DNA of 64,000 bases from Spirochaetaceae bacterium. GTDB taxonomy: Bacteria; Spirochaetota; Spirochaetia; DSM-2461. The stretch lies in the NCBI GenBank assembly GCA_965224705.1, contig OZ245056.1, forward strand, positions 2,560,001 to 2,624,000, read 5' to 3'. Shown one piece after another: positions 1 to 10,097 of the stretch (positions are counted from its first letter, which is position 1; each line of letters starts with the position of its first letter). The position numbers were made by a program, and so were the translations under genes. The notes beneath the pieces are model-generated. The model was not told where the DNA came from, ran no database searches, and worked only from the letters and a program-made list of their open reading frames with translations.

Positions 1-1162
1 TCCGGCTGTTAACCAATGCGGCCCATACGGGAACAGGTCCATGAAAATCTTCTTTGTAGTTATCGGGTGTGTAGGAACTGAAGCTTACCGGCCGGTCATG
101 GAGAATGGAATTGGAATGGATCAAACCCTGGTCGAGTCCCTGTCCGTAAATGAATGGCTTGAGGGTTGAACCGGGTGAACGCCGTGAATTTGTACCGTTC
201 ACCATGCCCTGAATGGATTCATCAAAGAAATCAGCCGAACCGATCATTGCAAGAAGCTCCATCGTCTGGTAATTGAGAACAAGGGCAGCTCCATTTTTCA
301 CTCCCCTGTCAGAATTTCTTGCTACATAAGACTTCAGCCGGGTATGGATTTCCCTCTGTAAATCCCAGTCAATACTTGTAATCATTCCTTCTTTTTCGGT
401 GAACTTTGTTCTGAGAAGCTCTGTCAGGTGGGGAGTTTTGTATCGGGGCTCTGGATGTATGACAGGAAGCAGTTCTAAATGGAAAATTCTCTCTTCCCTG
501 CCGGAATAGACGGATTTCCATCGTTCATGAAGCCGGTTTCTTGCCATAAGAATTTCGCTGTGATTCTCAGCATTTCGGGGATTTCTGTCCTGTGGATTCT
601 GTGGAAGTATGCAGAGCATCATCATTTCACCAAGATTCAGCTCATCCAGTGAACGGCTGAAATAATGAAGGGAGGCCGCCGGGAAGCCCTGAATATTCCC
701 CCCGCAGGGAACCAGGTTGAGGTAGGTTTCGAGAATCTCTTGTTTTGAATGAAATAGATCCATGTACAGGGCATGGAGAATCTGATTGATCTTTCCGGGT
801 ATGCTTTGAGTGTTCAATCCATAGTAGAGACGAGCCAGCTGCATTGTAATTGTTGAACCTCCCATTCGCCGATTCCTGATTACATAGGTCTGGTAGAATC
901 CCCTGAGCAGGGAAACTGGATTAACTCCCGGATGCAGATGGAAATATCTGTCTTCCTGGAGAAGTATTATTGAAATAAAATTCCGGGGATATGAAGATAT
1001 ATGGGTGTAATAGCGGTACTGTTCATCGCTGGCGGGATACATCCCCAGAAGATTGTTCTGACGGGAGAAATAAACCTTTGAAAATGGAATCTTATCGTGC
1101 AGCGGTTTGATGCGCATCACGAACAGAGCAGGAACCAGGAGCAGGAGGGGCAGAGTCAGCAT
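1..1162 (-). CDS. pbpC: Penicillin-binding protein 1C, 5' part (runs off window start)
   Basis: Not in the ORF track. Manual minus-strand translation from ATG 1162 gives MLTLPLLLLVPALF..DEQYRY, transglycosylase motifs (EDRYF, GGSTITMQLAR) and transpeptidase SPGSTLKPF (SxxK). Lies directly after the A2M gene, the known A2M-pbpC pairing. Exact start uncertain. Confidence 0.9.
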   Translation of the reverse strand, partial: MLTLPLLLLVPALFVMRIKPLHDKIPFSKVYFSRQNNLLGMYPASDEQYRYYTHISSYPRNFISIILLQEDRYFHLHPGVNPVSLLRGFYQTYVIRNRRMGGSTITMQLARLYYGLNTQSIPGKINQILHALYMDLFHSKQEILETYLNLVPCGGNIQGFPAASLHYFSRSLDELNLGEMMMLCILPQNPQDRNPRNAENHSEILMARNRLHERWKSVYSGREERIFHLELLPVIHPEPRYKTPHLTELLRTKFTEKEGMITSIDWDLQREIHTRLKSYVARNSDRGVKNGAALVLNYQTMELLAMIGSADFFDESIQGMVNGTNSRRSPGSTLKPFIYGQGLDQGLIHSNSILHDRPVSFSSYTPDNYKEDFHGPVPVWAALVNSR

Positions 1163-1210
1163 CCATCTTCTTGAATTCCTCCTTGTAATACGGATTTTCC
1201 CTCCCAGAAC

Positions 1211-4200
1211 CTACTCCTTTACAGTTATCTCCGAACTTCTCTGCATGGCCCATATCTTATTGTCGTACATGGCTTCCGCAAAGAGGGGCGGTACCTTGAA
1301 TTGACCCGAATAAACAGATCGCACGGGGTAGGTGAAGGTAGTCAGTCTATTTTCTGCCGTTCCATAGAATACAAGTCGATCTTCCCGAATTTCAACATGA
1401 TCTGGCTGGAATGTTGAGCTTTCCCCTCCTCTCTGGTCAACCAGTGCACGAATTCTATCCTGTATCGGTTCCAGGCAGGCGGGTAGAAGATCAACAATGG
1501 CAACATCAGGAATATCCTCCCCCATGAGTGATCGTATGCTGATCTTCACAAAACAGATCTCTCCAGGTTCCAGCTCTTTGACAGGCTTCAAATCCTCACC
1601 AAGGAACTCACGCAGGATTTCTATTCCTTCCGAAATCTCTTCTTCTGGAGTCTCCCGGTCGAATCCTCCCTGGATAATCTGGTAATACAATGGCTCCTCA
1701 TTTTTGTTTGATATACTGATTGTCTGAGCGGTGGGACTGAAATCGGTGCTTTTGAGAACTTCACCGCTCAGGGAGAGCGTATTCCTGTCCTGATTTTCAA
1801 GATATTCCATTATCTCCATGGCCCGGGTATCAATCCTGTCTACGGCATCAACATAGGCCTGAATGGCTACAAGAGCCAGGGAAGCGGAGTAAGTGCTGAA
1901 ATGGTTTGCACTGATCTCAAGGGATAGAGCGTTGAGCAATTCACTGGATACCCTGCCGAGACCTCCCTTATCGTAGCTGGATAGTACCCAGAGATACTGA
2001 CTCAGATAGCTGAGTCTATCGTTGTAGCCATTGGCAAAATCACTTTCCTCAGGATTTATTCTCACGTTTCTCAGAATAGCTGCCGCCTGGCTTTTCATCT
2101 GGAGCAGACTGTAGCTTGAGGCCAGATAAAGACCGATCAGATCGGACTTCCACTCAGTGTCTTCTGCTTTCAGATCCGCCCTTATTTCTTCAATAAAACG
2201 GGTTGTTACAGTTCCTGAAAGGGTGAGAAGAAAGGTGGCAAAAGCTCTCAGCCGCATATCTTCAATACCTGTCTCTTTAATAGATGCAATTTCTTCAACT
2301 CTACTGGCTGCATGTTCAAAGGTGAACCGGGGAACATGGAATCCATTTCTTTCGGATTCAAGCAGGAAATGAAAGGAATGAAGATCGATCAGAGGATCCG
2401 GTGGAGACTTGATGGTCCACGTTCCAAACCCGCCTGAATCCTGCTGTCTTGCCTGCATTATTGACATGGTGGAGGAATACTGCTTTGCAGCTTCCTCCCG
2501 GTCGATGTTGAGATTTTTAATCAGACCACTGTAGAGCAGGGGAAAGGTTTTACTTATCAGTTGCTCTGTGCAGATGTAGGAGTATTCACTCAGATAGTAA
2601 TTCAGTCCTCCGGCCAGTCCGATGGGGAGGTAGGACGCTGAAACTTCCAGTTTTCTGAAATCAGGATACATCCTTCGGTTTATGGGGATTTCGTCGCCTC
2701 CCTGTTTGCTGACTCCGCTAATAATTGTTGTCCGGAAGGGAACCAGGGGTCTGACACTCAGGGAGTGAATCATTGAGGAACTCTTTCCGCCGGACGATGC
2801 ATTGACAGTTAGATCCTTTGAGCCCGGCATATCACCCACTTCAACTGGAAACTTCACCACTTCGTCCCTGCCTTCGGGGATAATGACTGTCCTGCTGGTC
2901 TCGGGAATTATGAGACCCTTACTCCCTTTCAGCGTAACAATAACTTCGGCATTCTCGCCTGATCCTTCAAGGTTATTGGACACCGTTGCCTGGAATGAGA
3001 AGCGATCTCCCCCTGCCGCAGCCAGGGGGGCTGAAGGTTGAATAACAAAGGTTGAACGGGCCAGGGTTGATTCACTTCTGGATCCCACCGCGTCCTTTGA
3101 GACACAAACAGCCATAATCCTCAATGAACCATTGAAGTAATCTGGAACTTTGTAGCTGACGGATCGGGTTTGAGGGCTGGATTCAAGAATTCCGGACCAG
3201 AATACAACAGGGGCCTGATTCTTCTTCTTGAATGGGTTGAGATTGTTGTTGATCAGCATTTCAGCGCTCATACCTCCTCCCGCAGCCGAAAACCGTTTCA
3301 CTATCGAGTAATCGGGCAGAATCAAATCAAGTATCTGGGCGGTGTTCACTTCAAGTGCTCTCTTTTTGAAGAAATAGGCCAGGGGATCGGGAGTCGTGTA
3401 GCGGCCAACCTGCAGTATTCCTTCATCAACGGCATATATAATGATCCTTCCCCTCCTGTTTGAGGAGTAATCGATCTTCAATTCCTTACCCGGCTCGATT
3501 AAGTCGGGGTAATCAAGGGAAATACTCTGAGTTCTTTTTTCCCTGTCAAGAAAAAAAGGAACCGATCCACTGGAAAGAGGAGACATGAAAATATCCGTTG
3601 AATCGGGGGCTCGGACACAGACGACGGACACATAGGCATTTCCCTCAAAGCTGTTTGCAGGTATCTCTATCGTCTGAACAGTTGAGGTGGAATCAGTTTT
3701 GAACCACTTGTATGTGTACACCTTATCAGCTTCGATGGTAATCAATCCGGCCCCGGGATAGGGGGCGTTGATTGAGACTTCAATCAACTCGCCCTCTTTA
3801 TAGTCGTTCTTATTGAGTTTTATTTCCAATTCAGCTGATCGGTTCAAGGATCGTGCGAAGTCGATTTCACCGGCAACTGTATAGTCGAATTGGGCAGTAA
3901 CATCCCCATCTTCATTAAGAATTTCGGCAGAGTAATTCCCCGGTTCCGAGGTATTCAGGGGGAGTATTGTTCCCTCTGAGTCAATGGAAATGGGAGTGCT
4001 TGTTATGGGCTGTTCCTTTTCTACTGACTGGTATTTGAACACTCCGTCAGGCTGTTTCACCAGAGTTGTGATGAACTTCCTGCTTTTAAGGGCAAGAGTC
4101 ATTCCTTTCAGCGAAATCTTTTCCAGTTCAGGATTGATGGCGATGAGTTCAACATTCCTCTCACTTCCTTTATGGATGAAGGAAAGATCTCCATCAGCTT

Positions 4201-6967
4201 GATAGCCAATCAGGAATCTGGAGGGCGAAACCAGTATCTCTGCCCCTGATTCAACACTTCTGCCGCCTGCTTTTTCATAGACACTTACGCTGAGATTCAG
4301 CCTGTAAGTCCTTTTTTCAAATCTCGCCAATGAAAGGGGGAGGGTGACAGCTCCTTCATCATCCGTGCTGAAGTCAGGCAGTTCTTTGTTGTAGGCAATC
4401 GGTTGTTTCCCGGGTTCGAGAAAATGGTAGTCTCTATACTGCTGAAAGTGAACCGGGGTGGAATTGAGGCTGAATCTGGAGCTTACTCTGTGGTCGGAGG
4501 CTGGTATTCCATGGAGATTTCTAACGGTTACAGAAGCTTCAAGTTTCTCCGGCAGAACCCAGCCTGTGGATGAAGGGAGGATGGATGTGAGCACCATCAA
4601 TCTGTCGGGGAGAAATTCCTCCACTGAAATCGTATCACCACCAAGAAAAAGATCACCTCTTTCTTCCCGAACCAGGTAGAGATCCAATGCATATCGGCCT
4701 GTGGGAGAAAAATCCTGTGTTACAAAGCTAAATTCACTGAATCCATCGGCCGAAAGGGATATTTTCTTCTCATAGATGAGCAGTCCTGCAGGATCTATGA
4801 CTCTCAGAATCAGTGGAGTTCCCTGAATATTGGTCTCCCAGCGTCCTGCCTTAACGATAATCGCTCCGTTTATCTGATCTCCGGGACGATAAATCCCTCT
4901 GTCCGAGAAGACCTGGGCTGTAATTTTCTTCGGATCTCCTGCCCCATAAATACCTCCTGTATCGAAGTTGCTGTAATCAAGGAATTGTCCTGGAGACTCG
5001 TATGGCAGGAAGGAAAGATCGTTTCCAATAGTGGCAACGATGGCCATGGGCTGGTTCTCATCATTGGAGAATTCAAAGTAGGGGAAGGTTGTGTGACCCC
5101 CATTATTGCTGAACCTGGTGGTTAATGGTATGCCGTTTTTTCCCAGTATCTGCACCTGAACTCCTGCAAGTGGTCTGCCTGCTGCAATTGACTGAATAAA
5201 CACATCCTTTCTACCTTCTCTGCCGGTTTTTACAAGGAGTCCCAGATCAGAGACTATGATGAGCCGACGATCCAGTGCCTGAAAATCATCCTCACCCCCG
5301 ATATCCACGACTCCCACCTCAATTGAAAACAGACCATAACGGAGGTGTTCTTCAGGAATTGTGGCAAGGTATTGGGTCATATCAATTGAAAAATAGTTAA
5401 CCTCACCTGCCGCAGTTGAATTGAATATCCGGGACCCTTTGTAAGTTCTGGATATGTTTTCTACATTGAAGCGATGGCTGTAATAGCGGAGATTTCTGAT
5501 GCTGCCATTGGACTGGCTCACCAGATGGTTGATGTCGTCAGGAATGATTCTATGTATTCTGTAATGAACCCTGTCAATTCCCCGGGTGAACAGGGAAAGC
5601 TTTTTGCTTCCCGACATGGAAAGAACATTGCCTTCTGTAACAAAAGAAACTTCTTTCGGGTATTCCTTAACCGTTAAAACCGTCTCATAATCCGATGCCA
5701 GATGATACCCTCCATAGAAGGGTGTTCCACTTCCAATTCTCACATAAAGGTATTTCTCAGGATCATTGCGAGGTGTTACATCGATGGCGAAGCTGTTGAG
5801 ACTTGTGTAATCCACTTCGGTTGGCAGAGGGATACCGTCTACTTTTCTGGAAAGCTCAAGCACCTCATCAGTAATCAGATCTATAGTGTTCCATCCCCAT
5901 CTGATATCTTTCTGTCCCTTCAATCCGGGAAGATCGGGGAGATCTCTGGGTAATTCCCATATTTCCATATTTCGGGCAAGTTCTGCTCCTGAGATATCAC
6001 CTTTCGTTTCCACTATAATGTACTGATTGTAAATCTGGTTTTCATCCTTCAGAAGCTTGAAATCAATACCCTTTATTTCCACAAAACTGGTCAGTCCTGA
6101 GATGGTCAGAGTTCTGGTCAGTTTTTCAGCAGTACTGGAGTTTTTTCTTGAATTGAGAACGCCCTTTTTGATTTCAATCACCATTTCCACATCGTCCAGC
6201 GGGATTTCAATCGGTTCGGAAACGATGTAGACCGTTCTGGCGTTATCCTCAAATACCAGATTGAAGTTGTAATCTCTATTAATCAATCGACCAGAATCTT
6301 TTTTTAAATCAGGGAATATCCGTATATACTCATTCAAGGTTGATGTATCAATTGAATAATTAGATTTCAGGGTTGCCAATACCCGTTTTATTTTTTCATC
6401 TGTTGGATCAATGTAATAAGTTGGGTCTTCCATTTCTATCTGAATACCCACCGTTGAGAATTCAAACTGGCGAGACTTCACTCTGATATGGGAAGGGAAG
6501 AGCTCTTTATCCATTGATATTTTGTATTTTTGTGCAATACCCCAGTTAACAGAAGGCTGGAAGAGAAGAGTCCTGTCATCATCCCATCTCCACTGTCCAT
6601 CAATGGATGGTTTTATACTGATTTTTCCACCTGCTTCCTTCTCCCTGCTTCCCATCAATGATGCAGAACCGCTGAATACTATTGTGAGGGGCTGAATTCT
6701 TTCTTCATCATCTATTTCGGGTGGAATGGGTGGAATGATTCTGTAGTCGACTGATATCAATTCGGGCTGTAAACTCTGCCAGAAGATTGTGCCTCCCCAG
6801 ATAAGAACTCCCAGGATTCCCACGATCCCTCCGGTAAAAAGGGTTCGGCGGGATATCTTTCTGGTGTTTTTAAGCAATGTCCTGATGTACTCCGGAGGAG
6901 TGTATCGCAGAGAACCAAAAATCTTTCTCATAGTGTTTTTAATGTTCGTTCTTTTTGTCTCAGCCAT
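1211..6967 (-). CDS. Bacterial alpha-2-macroglobulin (YfhM-like)
   Basis: 1918 aa; N-terminal TM anchor, MG-domain motifs (SDRGIYRPGD, AVDEGILQ, PDYFNGSLRIMAV), thioester motif CTEQ, C-terminal EIREDR..AEAMY. Confidence 0.95.
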   Translation of the reverse strand: MAETKRTNIKNTMRKIFGSLRYTPPEYIRTLLKNTRKISRRTLFTGGIVGILGVLIWGGTIFWQSLQPELISVDYRIIPPIPPEIDDEERIQPLTIVFSGSASLMGSREKEAGGKISIKPSIDGQWRWDDDRTLLFQPSVNWGIAQKYKISMDKELFPSHIRVKSRQFEFSTVGIQIEMEDPTYYIDPTDEKIKRVLATLKSNYSIDTSTLNEYIRIFPDLKKDSGRLINRDYNFNLVFEDNARTVYIVSEPIEIPLDDVEMVIEIKKGVLNSRKNSSTAEKLTRTLTISGLTSFVEIKGIDFKLLKDENQIYNQYIIVETKGDISGAELARNMEIWELPRDLPDLPGLKGQKDIRWGWNTIDLITDEVLELSRKVDGIPLPTEVDYTSLNSFAIDVTPRNDPEKYLYVRIGSGTPFYGGYHLASDYETVLTVKEYPKEVSFVTEGNVLSMSGSKKLSLFTRGIDRVHYRIHRIIPDDINHLVSQSNGSIRNLRYYSHRFNVENISRTYKGSRIFNSTAAGEVNYFSIDMTQYLATIPEEHLRYGLFSIEVGVVDIGGEDDFQALDRRLIIVSDLGLLVKTGREGRKDVFIQSIAAGRPLAGVQVQILGKNGIPLTTRFSNNGGHTTFPYFEFSNDENQPMAIVATIGNDLSFLPYESPGQFLDYSNFDTGGIYGAGDPKKITAQVFSDRGIYRPGDQINGAIIVKAGRWETNIQGTPLILRVIDPAGLLIYEKKISLSADGFSEFSFVTQDFSPTGRYALDLYLVREERGDLFLGGDTISVEEFLPDRLMVLTSILPSSTGWVLPEKLEASVTVRNLHGIPASDHRVSSRFSLNSTPVHFQQYRDYHFLEPGKQPIAYNKELPDFSTDDEGAVTLPLSLARFEKRTYRLNLSVSVYEKAGGRSVESGAEILVSPSRFLIGYQADGDLSFIHKGSERNVELIAINPELEKISLKGMTLALKSRKFITTLVKQPDGVFKYQSVEKEQPITSTPISIDSEGTILPLNTSEPGNYSAEILNEDGDVTAQFDYTVAGEIDFARSLNRSAELEIKLNKNDYKEGELIEVSINAPYPGAGLITIEADKVYTYKWFKTDSTSTVQTIEIPANSFEGNAYVSVVCVRAPDSTDIFMSPLSSGSVPFFLDREKRTQSISLDYPDLIEPGKELKIDYSSNRRGRIIIYAVDEGILQVGRYTTPDPLAYFFKKRALEVNTAQILDLILPDYSIVKRFSAAGGGMSAEMLINNNLNPFKKKNQAPVVFWSGILESSPQTRSVSYKVPDYFNGSLRIMAVCVSKDAVGSRSESTLARSTFVIQPSAPLAAAGGDRFSFQATVSNNLEGSGENAEVIVTLKGSKGLIIPETSRTVIIPEGRDEVVKFPVEVGDMPGSKDLTVNASSGGKSSSMIHSLSVRPLVPFRTTIISGVSKQGGDEIPINRRMYPDFRKLEVSASYLPIGLAGGLNYYLSEYSYICTEQLISKTFPLLYSGLIKNLNIDREEAAKQYSSTMSIMQARQQDSGGFGTWTIKSPPDPLIDLHSFHFLLESERNGFHVPRFTFEHAASRVEEIASIKETGIEDMRLRAFATFLLTLSGTVTTRFIEEIRADLKAEDTEWKSDLIGLYLASSYSLLQMKSQAAAILRNVRINPEESDFANGYNDRLSYLSQYLWVLSSYDKGGLGRVSSELLNALSLEISANHFSTYSASLALVAIQAYVDAVDRIDTRAMEIMEYLENQDRNTLSLSGEVLKSTDFSPTAQTISISNKNEEPLYYQIIQGGFDRETPEEEISEGIEILREFLGEDLKPVKELEPGEICFVKISIRSLMGEDIPDVAIVDLLPACLEPIQDRIRALVDQRGGESSTFQPDHVEIREDRLVFYGTAENRLTTFTYPVRSVYSGQFKVPPLFAEAMYDNKIWAMQRSSEITVKE

Positions 6968-6990
6968 ATGATCCCATACTGGAAATTATA

Positions 6991-7215
6991 CAGTGTCAGG
7001 AAGCTTGTTATAACCTGGTTTCATTTGAATTCGGTTGGATGAAGATCCTTGCCCAATATAGTAATTCAATACTCATTGATCGCTGAAATTCAGCGAATTA
7101 GTCATCTGGAATGCTGAGAAGTCTCTCCGGTAAGATGTTTTGTAAATGGTTTTCCATAATATATTAATTCATATGATGGAAGAGATTATTTCATTTAACA
7201 GGCTTCCTGACACCG
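6991..7215. mobile_element. MITE-B: ~225-nt non-coding element with terminal inverted repeats
   Basis: Ends CAGTGTCAGGAAGC / GCTTCCTGACACCG. The first 90 nt recur inverted at 44286-44375 (6 mismatches) and the right end recurs at 43650-43667. Confidence 0.65.
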
Positions 7216-7221
7216 CTCTCT

Positions 7222-7382
7222 GAGTCTGTCGGACTTTAAGACTTCGAGGCGATTTTTGATGATTTTTCCCTGATGCAAGGCGACGAAAACGGAGCGTAGC
7301 TGGGCTACGTGAGTATTTTGGCAACGCAGCAGCAGGGAAAAAGGGCAAAAATCGAGCCGTGAGGCGTAAGTCCGACAGACTC
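7222..7382 (+). mobile_element. MITE-A copy 1 (161 nt, palindromic)
   Basis: 15-bp TIR GAGTCTGTCGGACTT/AAGTCCGACAGACTC; 4-bp direct flanks CTCT/CTCT; homologous copies elsewhere in the window. Confidence 0.9.
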
Positions 7383-7422
7383 CTCTGACACTGTATGGAG
7401 ATTACGTGATGGAGTCCAATGA

Positions 7423-8979
7423 TCAGTTCTCAGATTGTACAGGTGTCAGAATATCACTGAGATCATCGTGAAAGATGGATGGTATGGACATGATTTTTCT
7501 TGTATAGATTTCTCTGATCTCCTTGCTATCTTCACTGAAAATTTTTTCCAGAAGAAGAGCGGTATTGACATCATTTTCATTGTAGGAAAAAACTGCCTTC
7601 CCCAACTGAACAAATACATCTCTGTGGAGAGTTTTGTCATTTCTATCGATGTAACTGAGCTTAATAAATCCGGTAAACTCCTCATTTGAAACGGCTGCAA
7701 TCTGAAACCTGTCAAGCTTCATCTTTGAAAGAGCCGTCAGCTTTGGTTCCTTGAAAGTTCGGATATTATTCTCAGTAATAACAGCAGCTCTTGAATTGGT
7801 GATGATATAGGACTTTGAACTCCAGCCATTATCTCCGTCAGGAAATTCAATGTGGCTGAAATCTACATTGTCATACTTCATTTCACGTCCGGTTGTGTAG
7901 ACAGTTTCTCCCATTTCAAGATATTTATGGGGTATTAAACGCTCATTTCCCTGTTCGTCTTTCACCAGTTTTCTGTAAGAGAGCCCCTGATAGAGGTTAA
8001 TGGATGGAACTCCTTCTCCAGTATAGGTGCTCTTATCATCGAGAGGAGGTCTCAGGGATATTTTTTCTCTAAGAGGTGTATCAAGGGTGAGGATTTCAGT
8101 TTGAATCCATCCAGAATTTTCATCATCAAAAATGACAGGATACCAGTCCATTGCATTCCCCTCTTCCAGGGGATTCACAGCGAGAACCCGCATTTCTGCC
8201 CAGCCTTCAATTCTGTCTGAATTCATATCGGGTTCTGCATAGAGATGCCCTTCTGAGATCAGATTGATATTCACATTGAAAATAGATCCTGTCGAAATGG
8301 CCAGGATGAAGAAGTCTGATCGTTGTTCAGGATATCTGAAAGCCTTCAAGGTGAGTTGAGCAGCACCAATATCACTTCCATTGACTGATAGTTTATCATA
8401 TTCAATGTAGAGTGTTTCAGGGTTTGAAATTTTATCTCCATCATACCAGGAGAAAGTGATTTGTGCGAATCCATTTGTTTGCCCCTGTTCAAGGGATACT
8501 GCGACAATTTGACCGCTGGGAACCGTTCTATTGACGGGGGTTGTTATCATGTTTTTTTTATAGAGCCATGCTTTTTCGACAACAACGGCGCTGATAGCAT
8601 TTTTAGCCAGTCGAAAGGTGGACACCCATCCAGTTGTGCCGTCACTGAGTTCCACTCTGGAATAATCGTAGGAATTGCTGTCGCCTGACAGTTCCTTATC
8701 GATTCCAAGGTACGTTAATTCCGTTCCCATATCCAGTTGATTCAGTGATCCAGATATTGATTCCCCATCCCTGGAATCCCAGACAACGGCCTCATCCCTG
8801 AGTACAACGGCCGGGATATGGATTTCAGTCTCAGGAGGTTCCTTTTTTGATTCATCCGGTTCTTCCAGGGCATTTGCGGCTTTTAGCGTTTCACGGCCTG
8901 AATCAGTCTTTTTAGTATCCTGACAGGATGTCATTAACAAAAAACATGTCAGCAAGGCTATTCTACTCAAAAACTGCAT
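7423..8979 (-). CDS. Lipoprotein with duplicated SH3-like (GW-type) domains
   Basis: Lipobox-like LMTSC; two similar internal units (LDMGTEL..DGTTGWV..AVV / LEMGETV..DGDNGWS..AVI). Confidence 0.7.
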   Translation of the reverse strand: MQFLSRIALLTCFLLMTSCQDTKKTDSGRETLKAANALEEPDESKKEPPETEIHIPAVVLRDEAVVWDSRDGESISGSLNQLDMGTELTYLGIDKELSGDSNSYDYSRVELSDGTTGWVSTFRLAKNAISAVVVEKAWLYKKNMITTPVNRTVPSGQIVAVSLEQGQTNGFAQITFSWYDGDKISNPETLYIEYDKLSVNGSDIGAAQLTLKAFRYPEQRSDFFILAISTGSIFNVNINLISEGHLYAEPDMNSDRIEGWAEMRVLAVNPLEEGNAMDWYPVIFDDENSGWIQTEILTLDTPLREKISLRPPLDDKSTYTGEGVPSINLYQGLSYRKLVKDEQGNERLIPHKYLEMGETVYTTGREMKYDNVDFSHIEFPDGDNGWSSKSYIITNSRAAVITENNIRTFKEPKLTALSKMKLDRFQIAAVSNEEFTGFIKLSYIDRNDKTLHRDVFVQLGKAVFSYNENDVNTALLLEKIFSEDSKEIREIYTRKIMSIPSIFHDDLSDILTPVQSEN

Positions 8980-9008
8980 CACTGGTTCTTCCTCATACAG
9001 TAGGTTAG

Positions 9009-9170
9009 GAGTCTGTCGGACTTTAAGACTTCAAGGCGATTTTTGATGATTTTTTTTCCGATACAAGGCGGCAAAAGCAGAGCGTAGCTGAGCTCCGTGA
9101 GCATTTTGACAACGCGGTAGCGGGAAAAAAGGGCAAAAATCGAGCCGTGAGGCGTAAGTCCGACAGACTC
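9009..9170 (+). mobile_element. MITE-A copy 2 (162 nt)
   Basis: Same TIRs; TTAG/TTAG target duplication; more diverged interior. Confidence 0.9.
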
Positions 9171-9245
9171 TTAGAGTACAGGACTCAGGGAAACAACACA
9201 AGTATTCATTCCTAAAGATGCTTTTCTATTGGACGACGAGAGAAC

Positions 9246-10070
9246 TCATGAAGATTTTTTCAATCCCAGAATTTTCCGTGCTTCTGCGGGTGAGGCCACT
9301 TCCCGTTCCAGGTCTTTTGCAATCTGTATTACACGGTTAACCAGAATCTTATTGTCCGCCGGTATGCTTCCGGAATACGTAAGTGTATCTTCAAGACCGG
9401 TACGGACATGACCGCCCAGTAAAATACCTGCAGTGATCATGGATACATGAGCCCTTCCAATACCGCATACGGTCCATGTTGAATTTTTGGGGATTATTTC
9501 AGTCATGAACAGAAGATTCTTGATAGTTCCCTGAATGGATCCGGGCACGTTCATCACCATGTTGAAATGAAGGGAATCTTTGAGTATGCCTTTTTTCAGT
9601 AAGAAAGAGGCATTGGAAATCATGCCGCAGTCGAAGGCCTCTATTTCAGGTTTTATTCCGTGTGAGTACATTTTTTCAGCCAGTGCGTGAATAAGTTTGG
9701 GTGAATTTGCATTGATGGAAGAAGGAAAATTGGATGAACCGGTGGCCAGACTGGCCATCTCAAAGGGCAGATCCAGCATCTGACCCCGGCACTCAATTGT
9801 GTTATCCCCCCCTCGTGCACCGGTTGAACACTGGGTGATTACATCAAGTTGACGGCGGTGAATCTCGTTGAGAATCGCCTCAAAACACCTGCGGTCATGG
9901 GTTGGGTTTCCAGACTCATCCCGTGCATGGATATGGGCGATGGAAATTCCCTGTTCCAAACCAGTTTCAATCTGGTCTGCTATCTCAGCGGCGGTTATCG
10001 GAGTTGATGAATTGAGAGCCTTTGTGGGTACATTTCCAGTCAGAGCCAGAGTTATTATAAGTTTTTGCAT
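9246..10070 (-). CDS. Beta-keto acid cleavage enzyme (BKACE/DUF849, 3-keto-5-aminohexanoate cleavage-like)
   Basis: KLIITLALTG, HIHARD Zn motif, STG, KPEIEAFD, GGHVRTGLED, ASPAEARKILGL. Confidence 0.92.
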   Translation of the reverse strand: MQKLIITLALTGNVPTKALNSSTPITAAEIADQIETGLEQGISIAHIHARDESGNPTHDRRCFEAILNEIHRRQLDVITQCSTGARGGDNTIECRGQMLDLPFEMASLATGSSNFPSSINANSPKLIHALAEKMYSHGIKPEIEAFDCGMISNASFLLKKGILKDSLHFNMVMNVPGSIQGTIKNLLFMTEIIPKNSTWTVCGIGRAHVSMITAGILLGGHVRTGLEDTLTYSGSIPADNKILVNRVIQIAKDLEREVASPAEARKILGLKKSS

Positions 10071-10097
10071 AATGGATTGCCTTCCCTCCGCAGTTAT

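Noticed and set aside
7222..7382. MITE-A as an integron attC site, tRNA or riboswitch
   Set aside because: No RYYYAAC/GTTRRRY ends, no integrase, no cloverleaf; target duplications and both orientations indicate transposition.
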